A stretch of 64,000 nucleotides of DNA from Myxococcaceae bacterium (lineage in GTDB: Bacteria > Myxococcota > Myxococcia > Myxococcales > UBA5297): the NCBI GenBank assembly GCA_017500825.1, contig JAFVYB010000114.1, positions 5,420 to 69,419 of the forward strand, written 5' to 3'. A program made the position numbers and the translations under genes. Within the stretch, counting starts at the first letter, position 1; each line of letters starts with the position of its first letter. Under the pieces are notes generated by a model. The model worked only from the letters and a program-made list of their open reading frames with translations. It was not told where the DNA came from and searched no databases. Shown here one piece after another: positions 1-10,230 of this stretch.

Positions 1-938
1 TCGCCGATCTCCTCGCGCAAAATGGCCTCGCTCTTCCCTCGCAGCGCCGTGGTCTCCGGATCGCTCACGTCGATTGGGTCCATGTGGATCACGAGCGAGA
101 TGTTCAGCTCCTCCAAAAAGTCGCGCTCGATGGTGTCCATCAGCTCGTGGCTGACGCTGAAGTCGGCGTCAGAGGCGATCTCGACGTGCAGCGTGGCGAA
201 GCAGGCGGCCGGGCCGTAGTTGTGGATGACGAGGTCGTGAATGCCGAGGACGCCTTCATAGGAGAGGACCTTGGCGGCGACGCGCTCGACGAGCGAGGCG
301 TCCGGGACCGTGCCGAGCAAAGGATCGACAGTCTCTTTGATGAGCCTGACGCTGGAGACGACGATGAAGGCCGAGACGCCCAGGCCCATGAAGCCGTCGA
401 TGGCAATCCCAGGCCAAATCGCGGCGGCGGCGACCGAGAGGAGGACGGCGGTGGTGGCGACGACATCGTTCAGACTGTCCTGGGCCGCGGCCTTGAGCGC
501 CGAGGAGTCAATGTCGCGTCCGAAGTCGACATAGAGCCCGGCCTGCCAGAGCTTGACCGCGATGGAGAGCGCGAGCGCGGCAAAGACCCAGACAGAGGTC
601 TCGATGGGCTCGGGCGCGAGGATCTTCTCGAAGGAGGAACGGGCCAGCTCCGCGCCGATGAGGAGGACGATGAAGGCGACCACAAACCCCGTGATGTATT
701 CGTAACGGGCGTGGCCAAAGGGGTGCTCGGCGTCGGCGGGGCGGCTGGAAAGCTTGAAGCCGAAGACGGTGACGATCGACGAGCCCGCGTCAGAGAGGTT
801 GTTGATGGCGTCGGCGACGATCGAGACGCTGCCGCTCATGAGACCCACCGCCATCTTGAGCGCGAAGAGCGCGAGGTTGGAGGCAATGCCCAGCGCGCCG
901 GCGACAAGGCCGTAGCGACAGCGCTTCTCGGGAGACAT
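1..938 (-). CDS. Cation diffusion facilitator (CDF) family metal efflux transporter; C-terminus runs off the window start
   Basis: Absent from the supplied ORF track because there is no stop inside the window. My reverse-strand translation from the ATG (complement of 936-938) stays open to position 1, about 312 codons: MSPEKRCRYGLVAGALGIASNLALFALKMAVGLMSGSVSIVADAINNLSDAGSS...HPFGHARYEYI...AAAQDSLNDVV...GIHDLVIHNYGPAACFATLHVEI...SHELMDTIERDF...VIHMDP. The TM2 ADAxxxLxD and TM5 DSLND metal-site motifs plus the C-terminal cytoplasmic domain are typical of CDF proteins. Confidence 0.8.
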   Translation of the reverse strand, partial: MSPEKRCRYGLVAGALGIASNLALFALKMAVGLMSGSVSIVADAINNLSDAGSSIVTVFGFKLSSRPADAEHPFGHARYEYITGFVVAFIVLLIGAELARSSFEKILAPEPIETSVWVFAALALSIAVKLWQAGLYVDFGRDIDSSALKAAAQDSLNDVVATTAVLLSVAAAAIWPGIAIDGFMGLGVSAFIVVSSVRLIKETVDPLLGTVPDASLVERVAAKVLSYEGVLGIHDLVIHNYGPAACFATLHVEIASDADFSVSHELMDTIERDFLEELNISLVIHMDPIDVSDPETTALRGKSEAILREEIG

Positions 939-1070
939 CCCGTCGGTGGCGCGCGCGCCCTGGGATCCTCCCTCGCCATGCCCGTCAACGAGCCAACGCT
1001 TGATCAGGCGATACACGCCCGCCTCCTCCCGGTTCCGGCGCCCGGCAAAAATTCACACGCGCCCCTCGCC

Positions 1071-3770
1071 TCAGTGCGCCTCTGCCCAGTTCGCCGCCAC
1101 GCCGACGCCAACGACGAGCGGCACCGCGAGCGAGGCCGCCCCCTCCATGGCGCGAACGACGATCGAGCGCACCTCGTCGAGCTCCTCGTCAGGCACTTCG
1201 AGCAACAGTTCGTCGTGGACCTGGAGAATGAGCCGCGACTTGAGACGGGCCGAGGCCAAACCGCGCGCGACATCGATCATGGCCCGCTTCATCAGATCTG
1301 CCGCTGTTCCCTGGATGGGCGTGTTGACGGCCACGCGCTCCGCCGCCTGCCGCGCGATGCGGTTGTTGCTGTTGATCTCGGACACGGGCCTCACCCGCCC
1401 CCACAGCGTGCGCACCACGCCATGCTGTCGCGCCTCCTCGATCGTCCGCTCAATCCAGGCGCGGACGCCGCTGTAGCGCTCGAAGTAACGGTCGATCATG
1501 GCCTGCGTCTCGGCCACGGGCAGATCGAGGCGCTGCGAAAGGCCGTAAGCCGACTGTCCATAGGCGATGCCGAAATTGATGGCCTTGGCCGCGCGGCGCA
1601 TCTCGTCACTCACCAGATCGGGCGCCACGCCAAAGATCTCGCTGGCCGTGCGGCGGTGGATGTCTTCCTCACGCGCGAAGGCGTCGAGCAAAGACGCGTC
1701 CTCACTGAAGTGGGCGAGCACGCGCAGCTCGATCTGACTGTAGTCGGCGGAAAACAGGCGCATCGGCGGCTCGGCGACGAACGCGGCGCGCACCTGGCGT
1801 CCAAGGTCTGTGCGCACCGGGATGTTCTGCAGGTTCGGATCGGACGAGGACAGGCGCCCGGTCGCCGTCACTGTCTGGTGAAACGTGGTGTGGATGCGGC
1901 CATCGCGCTCGATCAGCGCGGGCAAAGCGTCGAGGTAGGTGCTCTTGAGCTTGCTCTGGCTGCGGTATTCGAGAACGAGCGCGGGCAATGGGTGCGACGG
2001 CGCCAGCTTTTCGAGGACTTCCTGATCGACCGAGGGCCCACGGCGGCCGCGGCGCTGCACGGGAAGCCCCAGCTTGTCGAAGAGAATGTGCGCCAGCTGC
2101 TGACTCGAATTGAGGTTGAACTGCTCGCCGGCGAGCGACACGGCACGGCGCTCCAACGCGTCGAGCGAGGCGGTGAGCGAGGCGCTCAGATGGCCCAGTG
2201 CCGCAGGTTCCAGCCTGACCCCGACGCGCTCCATGTCCGCGAGCACCTCGGCCAGCGGCAGCTCCAGGTCGCGGTAGAGCCCGCCCAGCCCCTCGGCTTC
2301 GAGCCTCGGCAGCATTTGGTCGAGCAGAGTCGAGATGGCGCTCAGCCAGGCGCCCGTCCACTCGGCAGCTTCAGCGATGGTCCTGGGCGAGTCCGCGTTC
2401 TTACGAAAGGTGGTCGCGTGGCGGACATCCGGCGGCAGGACGCGTTCCAGCCAGATCCGCGCCAACGTCTCGACTGAGCGATCCCGCCGCTCGATCTCCA
2501 ACAGGTAGGCGCACAGTTCGAGGTCGTGCAGCGGCCCCTTCAGCGTCAGCCCCAGGCGCTTGAGCGCGAGATGGGCGTGCTTCAGCTGGAAGAGCCGCTT
2601 CTGAAGCGCCTCGTTCTCGAACAGCGCGCGCACCGCCTCGACGACCACTTTCTGCGCGAGCTGCCGCGGCGCCCCCAGGTAGCGATGTCCAACGGGCACA
2701 TACCAGCGCCGACCATCCTCGCCGCCAAAGGCAAAGCCGAGCAGGTCGTCGCGCCTCGTGTCATGGCCGCTGAAGAGAACCTGAAAGCTCATCGATCCGC
2801 CCGCTGTCAGCGCGCGCACCATCTCGTCGAGCTGTGTCGCGTTGAGGACCACCTGAGGCAGCGCCTCTGCCTGTGGCGACTCCGGCGGCGGTTCCAGCGA
2901 CAAGTCGGCGATGAGCTTCGTGAACTCCAGCGACTGAAACAGCGCCCGGACGCGATCGCGATCGAGCGGCAGACGGGCAAAGGCCGACTCGTCGAACTTG
3001 AGCGGCAAATCAGCCTGCAATTGAACGAGCCTGAGCGCGCGCCGCACCTGTTCCTGATGGAGGCGCAGCTGTTCAGCGATGCCTTTGGCGCCACGCAGCT
3101 TCAGCGCCGCGACCTCGTCGATGTGGTCGTAAATCTCCTCGACGCCGCCGAACGCTTGAATGATCTGCGCGGCCGACTTGGGCCCCACCTTGGGCACCCC
3201 CGGCACGTTGTCCGAGCTGTCGCCAATCAGCGCCAGATAGTCGGCGACGCGATGCGGGGGCACGCCAAACTTCTCCTCCACCTCGGCCACGCCAAAGCGC
3301 CGCTCCTTCATGGGATCGAAGAGGTCAACGCCCTTGCCGACCAGCTGCATCAGGTCCTTGTCGCCAGAGACGACGGTCACCTGAAACCCATCGGCCACGG
3401 CCTGGCGCGTGAGCGTCGCGATCACGTCATCCGCCTCGTAACCCGCATGGTCGACGACGGGCACGTTCAGCGCCTGGAGGATCTGGCAGACGACGGGGAA
3501 TTGCGCCTTCAAATCATCGGGCGCGGGCGCGCGGTTGGCTTTGTAATTGGGATCAATTGATTGGCGAAACGCGCGCGAATCCCTGTCCATGGCCACGACA
3601 AAAAGGCTCTCGGGATTTTCGCGCATCACCTTGAGCATCATCAGGGTGAAACCATAGGCGGCGTTGACCGGCAGGCCGCCGCGCGTCGTCAGGCGCGGAA
3701 TGGCGTAATAGGCGCGAAAGACATAGGCGCTGCCATCGATCAGCAATAAGCTCGGTTTAATTTTATTCAT
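1071..3770 (-). CDS. polA: DNA polymerase I
   Basis: ORF 1071..3797. 5'-nuclease N-terminus (LLLIDGSAYVFRAYYA), 3'-5' exonuclease region, and polymerase motifs (RRAAKAINFGIAYG, LQVHDELLLEV). I placed the start at the second Met (MNKIKPSLLLIDG), which fits the usual PolA N-terminus. Confidence 0.95.
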   Translation of the reverse strand: MNKIKPSLLLIDGSAYVFRAYYAIPRLTTRGGLPVNAAYGFTLMMLKVMRENPESLFVVAMDRDSRAFRQSIDPNYKANRAPAPDDLKAQFPVVCQILQALNVPVVDHAGYEADDVIATLTRQAVADGFQVTVVSGDKDLMQLVGKGVDLFDPMKERRFGVAEVEEKFGVPPHRVADYLALIGDSSDNVPGVPKVGPKSAAQIIQAFGGVEEIYDHIDEVAALKLRGAKGIAEQLRLHQEQVRRALRLVQLQADLPLKFDESAFARLPLDRDRVRALFQSLEFTKLIADLSLEPPPESPQAEALPQVVLNATQLDEMVRALTAGGSMSFQVLFSGHDTRRDDLLGFAFGGEDGRRWYVPVGHRYLGAPRQLAQKVVVEAVRALFENEALQKRLFQLKHAHLALKRLGLTLKGPLHDLELCAYLLEIERRDRSVETLARIWLERVLPPDVRHATTFRKNADSPRTIAEAAEWTGAWLSAISTLLDQMLPRLEAEGLGGLYRDLELPLAEVLADMERVGVRLEPAALGHLSASLTASLDALERRAVSLAGEQFNLNSSQQLAHILFDKLGLPVQRRGRRGPSVDQEVLEKLAPSHPLPALVLEYRSQSKLKSTYLDALPALIERDGRIHTTFHQTVTATGRLSSSDPNLQNIPVRTDLGRQVRAAFVAEPPMRLFSADYSQIELRVLAHFSEDASLLDAFAREEDIHRRTASEIFGVAPDLVSDEMRRAAKAINFGIAYGQSAYGLSQRLDLPVAETQAMIDRYFERYSGVRAWIERTIEEARQHGVVRTLWGRVRPVSEINSNNRIARQAAERVAVNTPIQGTAADLMKRAMIDVARGLASARLKSRLILQVHDELLLEVPDEELDEVRSIVVRAMEGAASLAVPLVVGVGVAANWAEAH

Positions 3771-3831
3771 TCCATAAAAGAAAGGCCCACCAGGCAAAAT
3801 GCCCGTGGGCCCCTCCCTCCTTCAAAAAAGA

Positions 3832-5949
3832 TTACAGACAATTGTAATCGAGAAGCATTTCCTGCGCGCGCTTGTTCACGCCGCTCTTGGGAATCGTGAT
3901 GTCAGCCGCGAGCTGCGCGCTTTCGCATCCCGGATCATTGCGCAGGAATTTAGAAGCCATTTGCTCCAGCCAGGCGACGCGTTCCAGGAGGTTTCTATTC
4001 TTGGAATCCAGCTGGTAGCCCTTGTAATAAACCTTGAAGGCGTCCGCGTAATGCTCCTTCTTCATCAGCTCCTCACCCTGGGTGTAATAGAGTTTGGCGA
4101 GCTGGGCCTTCATGTCGCGAACAAGAGCGCTTTCAATATCCTTGGGCATAAACGACTTCTCCGCCTCAAAGGCGTCCTTCCAATACTCTTCGGCGCGGGC
4201 CGGATCCGATCGCAAAATACCTTCCTGACCGCTGGTATACCGGCCATCAATGACTTCCAGCTTCAAAATCAAATCGTCGACATCCGAACTGAAATTCTTG
4301 GGATTCTTGGCCTTGGCGCGCTTGAGATCGTCGGCGATCTTTTTGGGGCGACCCGTGTTGTAATACTCAATCATCGCCTTGGCGACAGTGGCGTTGGAGA
4401 ATTGACGCTGAATGACGCGCTCAATGTTCGAATCGTCAAAGACAACGCGTGATCCAAAGACGCGATAGGACTCGGGACAAACAAAATTATCGCTCGTCTT
4501 GAGGCGCTTGGCCGACGCCTTGAAATTCTTCACAACCGTCTTGTTTTCTTCTTCGACGTTGCAGGTCAATTCCATATGGCGCTTACACGCCTCATAGGCC
4601 TGTTTGTAATAGCCGGATTTGAATTCCGTCAGGCATTGCGTGCGCAACCGACCGGCATAGCGTTCCGTAGTTTCGCGGAAGACCTGTCGCGCCTGAGAGA
4701 ATGCCATCGAATCAGGCTCAATCTGCAACAAAAGCTCAATGGCAGCGTCGTCCTGTGACGTCGAGGACTTGAGCTTGGCCTCTTCCAAAACTTCGGCGAA
4801 TTTGATCTCGCGCTTGGCCAGGCGCTCCAGAGCACGCGCCTCCGTGAGCGTTGGGTCGAGCTCAAGCACCTTGGCGCACACCTGCGCGGCCTCTTTGAAA
4901 TTCAGCTGCTCACCCTCTACATCCGCGAGCGCTTTGCAGCGACCAAGCAGGCGCATGGGATCGACGTTTTCATCCTCGCGATGGGCACCGGCCATGGGTT
5001 TGGCCGCTGGCGCCGTCTCGACATATTCGTCCTCCTCCTCAGCAAAGAGCGCGAGTCCCAGCATGCCAAAGACGACAATCGCGCCCAGGGCGAGCAAGAC
5101 AAACTTGGCCTTGCTCTTGCCACCACCACCTGCATTGAGATCGCCAGGTCCCGTATAGAGAAAAACGTAATCACCGATGACAATCTCGTCGCCCGGACAA
5201 AGCTGCTGCTCAGTCACCGGCGAACCATTCACCTGCGTGCCACCGGCGCTGCCGAGATCATAGATATTAAAAAAGGATCCAACTTTATAAATTTCGGCGT
5301 GTTTACGCGCCACGGATTTGTCAGAAAGAATAATATCGGCAGGCGAGGAACGGCCAACAATCAAACGCGGTTTTACATTCAGATCAAATGTTTCGCCCTC
5401 GGCAGGACCAGAAATACATTTGAGTTTACCACGGGAGGTCGGCTTCATGGCCTTGGCGCGGACATTCTGCAGGCTCTGCGAACGCTCCCGCTGCGAAGAT
5501 GCGCCTCTCCTCGACATCGCGCCGCCGCGCGAGGGAGCCTCCTCTCTTTCCTGAGAATCACGCCGTCGCAGTGCGCGACGATTTGAATCGCCACCCACCG
5601 GCGCTTCACGACGCGCGAGCGCTGCACTGCTGTTCCGGCGCACAGGACGACTGCGCTCAGGAGCAACTACCTGAACATTCGTCTTGCCGACCGTAATCCG
5701 GCTGGACGCGCTCACCGCCGTGGGCTGGGCAATATTGACGCCATCGACCTGCACGCCATTGGCGCTTCCGAGATCCTCGACAAACACCTGCCCGTCATCG
5801 CCGACAAAAAAGCGGCAATGTTTCCGCGAGACGCCCTGGTCGTTCAGAATGACGTCGTTGAGGTTCGTCCGCCCGACAGAGAGCTCGCTGCTCAATTCGA
5901 CGGTCTGCTGCTCACCTTGTTCACTCGTAAAGGTCAGGGAATACGCCAT
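3832..5949 (-). CDS. Double-FHA-domain, single-pass membrane protein with a helical/TPR-like C-terminal region
   Basis: ORF 3832..6045. Two FHA-like segments (LSVGRTNLNDVILNDQGVSRKHCRFF...VFVEDLGSANGVQVDG and LIVGRSSPADIILSDKSVARKHAEIY...IYDLGSAGGTQVNG), an R/S-rich linker, a TM helix (FVLLALGAIVVFGMLGLALFA), then about 400 aa of helical repeats. The start is uncertain (Met at 6045, 5991 or 5949); I chose MAYSLTF. Confidence 0.8.
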   Translation of the reverse strand: MAYSLTFTSEQGEQQTVELSSELSVGRTNLNDVILNDQGVSRKHCRFFVGDDGQVFVEDLGSANGVQVDGVNIAQPTAVSASSRITVGKTNVQVVAPERSRPVRRNSSAALARREAPVGGDSNRRALRRRDSQEREEAPSRGGAMSRRGASSQRERSQSLQNVRAKAMKPTSRGKLKCISGPAEGETFDLNVKPRLIVGRSSPADIILSDKSVARKHAEIYKVGSFFNIYDLGSAGGTQVNGSPVTEQQLCPGDEIVIGDYVFLYTGPGDLNAGGGGKSKAKFVLLALGAIVVFGMLGLALFAEEEDEYVETAPAAKPMAGAHREDENVDPMRLLGRCKALADVEGEQLNFKEAAQVCAKVLELDPTLTEARALERLAKREIKFAEVLEEAKLKSSTSQDDAAIELLLQIEPDSMAFSQARQVFRETTERYAGRLRTQCLTEFKSGYYKQAYEACKRHMELTCNVEEENKTVVKNFKASAKRLKTSDNFVCPESYRVFGSRVVFDDSNIERVIQRQFSNATVAKAMIEYYNTGRPKKIADDLKRAKAKNPKNFSSDVDDLILKLEVIDGRYTSGQEGILRSDPARAEEYWKDAFEAEKSFMPKDIESALVRDMKAQLAKLYYTQGEELMKKEHYADAFKVYYKGYQLDSKNRNLLERVAWLEQMASKFLRNDPGCESAQLAADITIPKSGVNKRAQEMLLDYNCL

Positions 5950-6143
5950 CTCTTTTTCCACACTCGCTTTCGAAAAGGTGTTGCTCGGCATTGCCGCATT
6001 GTTGCTGGTTCGACGCGCAGGCGCTGCTGACTCAAAACAGCTCAATCGTCACAAAACGCCTCAACCAATCGCCGTCATTGACCTTCCACATATGGCCAAG
6101 CGCGCCACATAGGGAGCGAAGGGGCGCCGCGTCACAGAGTCAC

Positions 6144-7979
6144 TCATTCCTCGCGGAAAATACTCATGTTTACAGGAACGCCGCGCCGCTGGAGCTCGTC
6201 GTAGAACTTGGGCACGAAACCAGTCGCCACAAAACGACCGCGCACCTTATTGTTCTCGTCAAAGCCCTCCTGCTTGAACATAAAAATCTCCTGCATCGTG
6301 ACGACGTCGACTTCCATGCCTGTCAATTCAGAAATGTAGGTCAATCGGCGGCTGCCATCGCCAAAACGCGTTTGCTGGAACATCATATGAACGGCTGAAG
6401 CAATCTGCTCGCGAATAGCCTTCAGTGGCAAATCCATGCCCGCCATCATGACCATGGTCTCCATACGGGCCACCGCGTCGCGCGGCGTATTGGCATGCAG
6501 CGTTGTTAGCGAACCGTCGTGCCCTGTGTTCATCGCCTGGAGCATGTCGAGCGTTTCTCCCGAGCGGCATTCACCGACGACAATGCGGTCAGGGCGCATA
6601 CGCAGGCAGTTTTTCACCAAATCACGAATGGTAATTTGTCCCTTGCCTTCGAGGTTTGGCGGACGCGATTCAAGCTGGACCCAGTGATCCTGCGCCAGTT
6701 GCAGCTCGGCGGCGTCCTCCACCGTCACAATGCGCTCATCCTCAGGGATGAAGTTGGAGACGATATTCAGCGTTGTCGTCTTTCCCGAGCCAGTGCCACC
6801 GGCAATGATGATATTGCGCCGCGAAAGGACGCACATCTCCATGAATTCAGCCATCTGCGGCGTCACGGTCTTAAATTTGATCAAATCCTGAATCTTCAAC
6901 TTTTCTTTTTTGAATTTACGAATCGTAATGCTTGGCCCTTTGAGCGCCAACGGCGGAATAATTGCATTCACGCGGCTGCCGTCCTTGAGACGAGCGTCGA
7001 CGAGCGGTGAAGATTCATCAATTCTGCGTCCAATAGGCGCCACAATGCGTTCGATAACGCCCAAAACGGCCTGATTAGACGAAAATGTTTTGGGCGAGAG
7101 GGACAGCTTGCCCTTCTTTTCCACATAAATCTGGGTGGCGTGGTTCACCATGATTTCGGAAATATCGTCGTCGGCCAAAAACGCCTCCAACGGCCCCAGG
7201 CCAAGCGCCTCATTGAGGACATCGGTGACCAGCTGATCGCGATCGACATCGTCCTCAATCTCTCCATCGACCTCCATCTGATCAATAATGTCGCAAATGG
7301 CCTTTTCCGTTTTGTCCCAAAGCTCCTCGTCGCCCAGCTTGTCGATATCGAGACGCCGTAAATCGAGGTAATCGATCAGGCGATCATGAATGTCTTTTTG
7401 GAGCTTATTGTATTTGACGAGAGCTGGATCGACCTTTTTACCCGAATCACGCGCCTGCATAATCTGGCGCTTGGGTTTACCGGCATCTCCGCCTTTGCCC
7501 CCGCGCATATCCCGAGACGCCTCCGGGCGATTGGCTAAGGGTGCCCGACGGGGCGAACGCTCAACCTCTTCCTCGGGCTCGTCGTCGTATTCCTCGTCAT
7601 CATATTCTTCGTCATCATATTCTTCGTCGTCGTATTCCTCGTCATCATATTCTTCGTCATATACCTCTTCATCATCCAGGTCCTCATCCTCAATAATCGA
7701 GGCACTCAGGACATAATCTCCAATCATTATTTTGTCATTTGGCCGAAGAACCTGTGGCGCCGAAATGCGCTGTCCATTGACAAAAGTGCCGTTCGTCGAA
7801 CGCATATCGACGACAACCAGCTTACCGCCTTTGTTGATAATCCGGCTATGATTCTTGCTGACATTTCCTTTTGCCAAAACAATATCGTTCCCCTGCACGC
7901 GACCGATATTGATCTCATCCCCGTCAAAATCTTCGGTATGGGCCGGACCGCCCTTTTCGGAAATGACAACAGAAATCAT
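6144..7979 (-). CDS. cpaF: Tad/Flp-type secretion ATPase (CpaF/TadA family) with an N-terminal FHA domain and an acidic repeat linker
   Basis: ORF 6144..8015. N-terminal FHA-like segment (INIGRVQGNDIVLAKGNVSKNHSRII...VVDMRSTNGTFVNG), a (DEEYD)n linker, then a VirB11/CpaF core with Walker A (GGTGSGKTTTLN) and ...VTVEDAAEL...RMRPDRIVVGECRSGE...GHDGSLTTLHAN. Start set at MISVVISEKGG, with a GGAAAGG Shine-Dalgarno-like sequence about 9 nt upstream on the coding strand. Confidence 0.9.
   Translation of the reverse strand: MISVVISEKGGPAHTEDFDGDEINIGRVQGNDIVLAKGNVSKNHSRIINKGGKLVVVDMRSTNGTFVNGQRISAPQVLRPNDKIMIGDYVLSASIIEDEDLDDEEVYDEEYDDEEYDDEEYDDEEYDDEEYDDEPEEEVERSPRRAPLANRPEASRDMRGGKGGDAGKPKRQIMQARDSGKKVDPALVKYNKLQKDIHDRLIDYLDLRRLDIDKLGDEELWDKTEKAICDIIDQMEVDGEIEDDVDRDQLVTDVLNEALGLGPLEAFLADDDISEIMVNHATQIYVEKKGKLSLSPKTFSSNQAVLGVIERIVAPIGRRIDESSPLVDARLKDGSRVNAIIPPLALKGPSITIRKFKKEKLKIQDLIKFKTVTPQMAEFMEMCVLSRRNIIIAGGTGSGKTTTLNIVSNFIPEDERIVTVEDAAELQLAQDHWVQLESRPPNLEGKGQITIRDLVKNCLRMRPDRIVVGECRSGETLDMLQAMNTGHDGSLTTLHANTPRDAVARMETMVMMAGMDLPLKAIREQIASAVHMMFQQTRFGDGSRRLTYISELTGMEVDVVTMQEIFMFKQEGFDENNKVRGRFVATGFVPKFYDELQRRGVPVNMSIFREE
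7581..7670 (-). repeat. In-frame tandem repeat, six copies of a 15-nt unit, encoding the (DEEYD)n acidic linker of the FHA-CpaF protein
   Basis: Plus-strand units: gtcgtcgtattcctc (7581-7595), gtcatcatattcttc (7596-7610 and 7611-7625), gtcgtcgtattcctc (7626-7640), gtcatcatattcttc (7641-7655), and a degenerate gtcatatacctcttc (7656-7670). Confidence 0.9.
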
Positions 7980-8096
7980 TTTGATGACCTTTCCAGAAGA
8001 AAACTGAACAAACAAAGAAGGAGCCCAGACCGCTTACGCCTTCCACGCAAGCCTGTCTGGACTCCACTCTCATCCATGTTTTGTCGCTCTCGGCGA

Positions 8097-9533
8097 TCAG
8101 TCGAAGATGCTGTAGGCAACCTCGTCGCGCGCCTGCTTGTAACGCTGCTTCATGTCATCCAACAGGCGACGAATCCTCTCCGTGTCCGGATTGACGATGC
8201 GCGGCGTGACGAAGATCAAGAGCTCCTTCTTTGTCCCCTCGCTCGAACGGTTTTTGAAGAGCTCGCCCAAGATGGGGATATGGCCGAGCAACGGCGTCTT
8301 AGTGACACCCTTCTGCTCGTTGTGATGGAAGATGCCGCCCAGGACGATCGTCTCGCCATGGCGCACGGTGACAGTCGTGGAGACCTTGCGATTGATGGTG
8401 CCGGGCATGCCGTCCACGCTGACCGACATATCCATCTCGGAAGCTTCGGCCTTGATCTCCGTGCGGATATTGCCGTGACGATCGGCGGTCGGCGTCACTT
8501 CGAGGCTAATGCCATAGGGCTTGAACTCGACGGTGGCGGCATTAGCGGAAACGATCTGAACAGGGAATTCACCGCCCGAATTGAAGGTCGCCGTCTTACC
8601 GGAAGCGCAGACGAGCTTGGGCTGGGCCAGCATACGGCCATAGCCGTCGCTGAACTGGAACTGGAAGGCAAAGCCCGTCTCTGCGTCCCCAGAGAAGGAG
8701 ACATTGCCGTCCGCCGGATAGGAGCCAGGCAGGAACTGCTTGGAAATGGAGAGTGATCCGCTGAGCGAGCCGGTGATGTCGAGCGGCCAATTGATGCCAA
8801 TGACATCCGAATTGCTGCGACGGATTTCCACGAACTGGACTTCCGTGAGAATCATGCGCGCGATGCCGACGACCACGAGGTTTTCAACCTCTGACTCGCC
8901 GATGGCCTTGGTGATCTTCAGCGCCTTCTCCACATCCTCTTCGGATTCAGCCGAGCCTTCGAGGAAAATCTGAGTGCCGACGACTGTGGCCTGAACATTC
9001 TTGAGGCCTGCCCGCTGCAGCGCAGCATTCAGGTTGTTGGCGACAAGCTTTTTGGCGTTCGGAGCGTATTTCACGAAGCTCTGCACATTACCTGAATAAA
9101 TTTTGCAGATTTCATCCACGCGCTCGTAGTCGTCGGTCGTGTAGGCATAACCATCCAAATAGATGCGATCGCCAACCATGCGCACGGTAATGCCTTCGCG
9201 ATCGCCGAGGAGCCGTTTAATCTCCTCAATCAACTCATTGGGGTCTTTCTTGCGCACATTGACCATGAAGTTCAGGCGCGAACCATTCGACTTCCAAAGG
9301 AGCAGGGTCGTCCGGCCCTCGGTCTTGCCGACGATGAGGACCTGACTCGTTCCCAACACCTTGACGTCCGCGATCCCGGAATCACCGATGGCGATTCGGG
9401 CAATCCCCGGAACGTTGATAACCTTCTGCGTTCCCACACCAATCGCAACGGATTGCTCTTCCTGTGCGTAGGCTGTCCCTAACAACACAAAAACAAACGC
9501 AAAAATCATTGCGAAACGTATTTTGTTTGCCAT
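8097..9533 (-). CDS. cpaC: Tad-type outer-membrane secretin (CpaC/RcpA family)
   Basis: Signal peptide (MANKIRFAMIFAFVFVLLGTAYAQ). N-terminal pilus-formation domain (QKVINVPGIARIAIGDSGIADVKVLGTSQVLIVGKTEGRTTLLLW). C-terminal secretin signature (TPLLGHIPILGELFKNRSSEGTKKELLIFVTPRIV). Confidence 0.85.
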   Translation of the reverse strand: MANKIRFAMIFAFVFVLLGTAYAQEEQSVAIGVGTQKVINVPGIARIAIGDSGIADVKVLGTSQVLIVGKTEGRTTLLLWKSNGSRLNFMVNVRKKDPNELIEEIKRLLGDREGITVRMVGDRIYLDGYAYTTDDYERVDEICKIYSGNVQSFVKYAPNAKKLVANNLNAALQRAGLKNVQATVVGTQIFLEGSAESEEDVEKALKITKAIGESEVENLVVVGIARMILTEVQFVEIRRSNSDVIGINWPLDITGSLSGSLSISKQFLPGSYPADGNVSFSGDAETGFAFQFQFSDGYGRMLAQPKLVCASGKTATFNSGGEFPVQIVSANAATVEFKPYGISLEVTPTADRHGNIRTEIKAEASEMDMSVSVDGMPGTINRKVSTTVTVRHGETIVLGGIFHHNEQKGVTKTPLLGHIPILGELFKNRSSEGTKKELLIFVTPRIVNPDTERIRRLLDDMKQRYKQARDEVAYSIFD

Positions 9534-9636
9534 CGACTTTTCCTCTTCTGCATTGGATTTATCGGGTGAAACAACTCAAACCTGCCAACAACTCGACTTC
9601 AGACTTCTCCGGACTTCAAAAACATCGCCTGTGGCT

Positions 9637-10203
9637 TTAGAGCATCGACGCTGCGGCTGCCTGTTGATGCATCTGCCACCAAATCCCCCAGACGCTGCCC
9701 AACGCGATGGCAAAACCATAGGGAATTTTGGGAGTGCGATAGGTAATCTCCCGCGATGCCACGGGACGCATCTTCTGGACGGCTTTTTGTCCCATGCATT
9801 TAAAGGCATAAAAAAACTCACCACGCCAAAGAAGAACAACAATAGCGTGAACACCGCCGACAATCCCCGTCCCCACAAAACAAAAAATAATGGAGGGCAA
9901 ACCAACACCCGCGCCGACAGCGGCCATCAATTTGACATCGCCATCACCCATACCGCCCTTGCAGGCCATAAACCAAAAGACGAGGGCACCCACCACCATC
10001 CCCAAAAGACCGCTGAACAGCCCTACGTCGGAGAATGCCGTGCCCCAGCCGCCAAATATCAGACGAAGTAACAGACTAATGGCTATCGTCGGAAAGGTGA
10101 CGATATTTTTGATTTTTCTCGAATGAAAGTCCGTCACCACTGAAATAATCAGGGCGAGCGCCACAATTGAATACAAGATATTGATCAACTGTTGGGCGTT
10201 CAT
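9637..10203 (-). CDS. cpaA: Prepilin peptidase, A24 family (CpaA/TadV-like)
   Basis: ORF 9637..10266. Polytopic membrane protein carrying the two aspartate motifs (VVTDFHSRKIKN and GGMGDGDVKLMAAVG). Start placed at MNAQQLINILY (ATG complement at 10201-10203). The longer ORF would read through the C13 tract. Confidence 0.8.
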   Translation of the reverse strand: MNAQQLINILYSIVALALIISVVTDFHSRKIKNIVTFPTIAISLLLRLIFGGWGTAFSDVGLFSGLLGMVVGALVFWFMACKGGMGDGDVKLMAAVGAGVGLPSIIFCFVGTGIVGGVHAIVVLLWRGEFFYAFKCMGQKAVQKMRPVASREITYRTPKIPYGFAIALGSVWGIWWQMHQQAAAASML

Positions 10204-10230
10204 CTGTCGAGACTCTCGTTGGAAAAGGGA

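Noticed and set aside
84-2477. 797-aa plus-strand ORF overlapping polA, with many nested ORFs between 22 and 3749
   Set aside because: It is antisense to an unmistakable DNA polymerase I gene. The Arg/Gly/Asp/Ala-rich low-complexity translation is typical of the mirror frame of high-GC coding DNA, and no motifs are present.
7581-7670. Short regular repeats that might have been a CRISPR-like array
   Set aside because: The units are contiguous 15-mers without spacers, they are in frame and they lie inside the cpaF coding sequence. No cas genes occur anywhere in the window.
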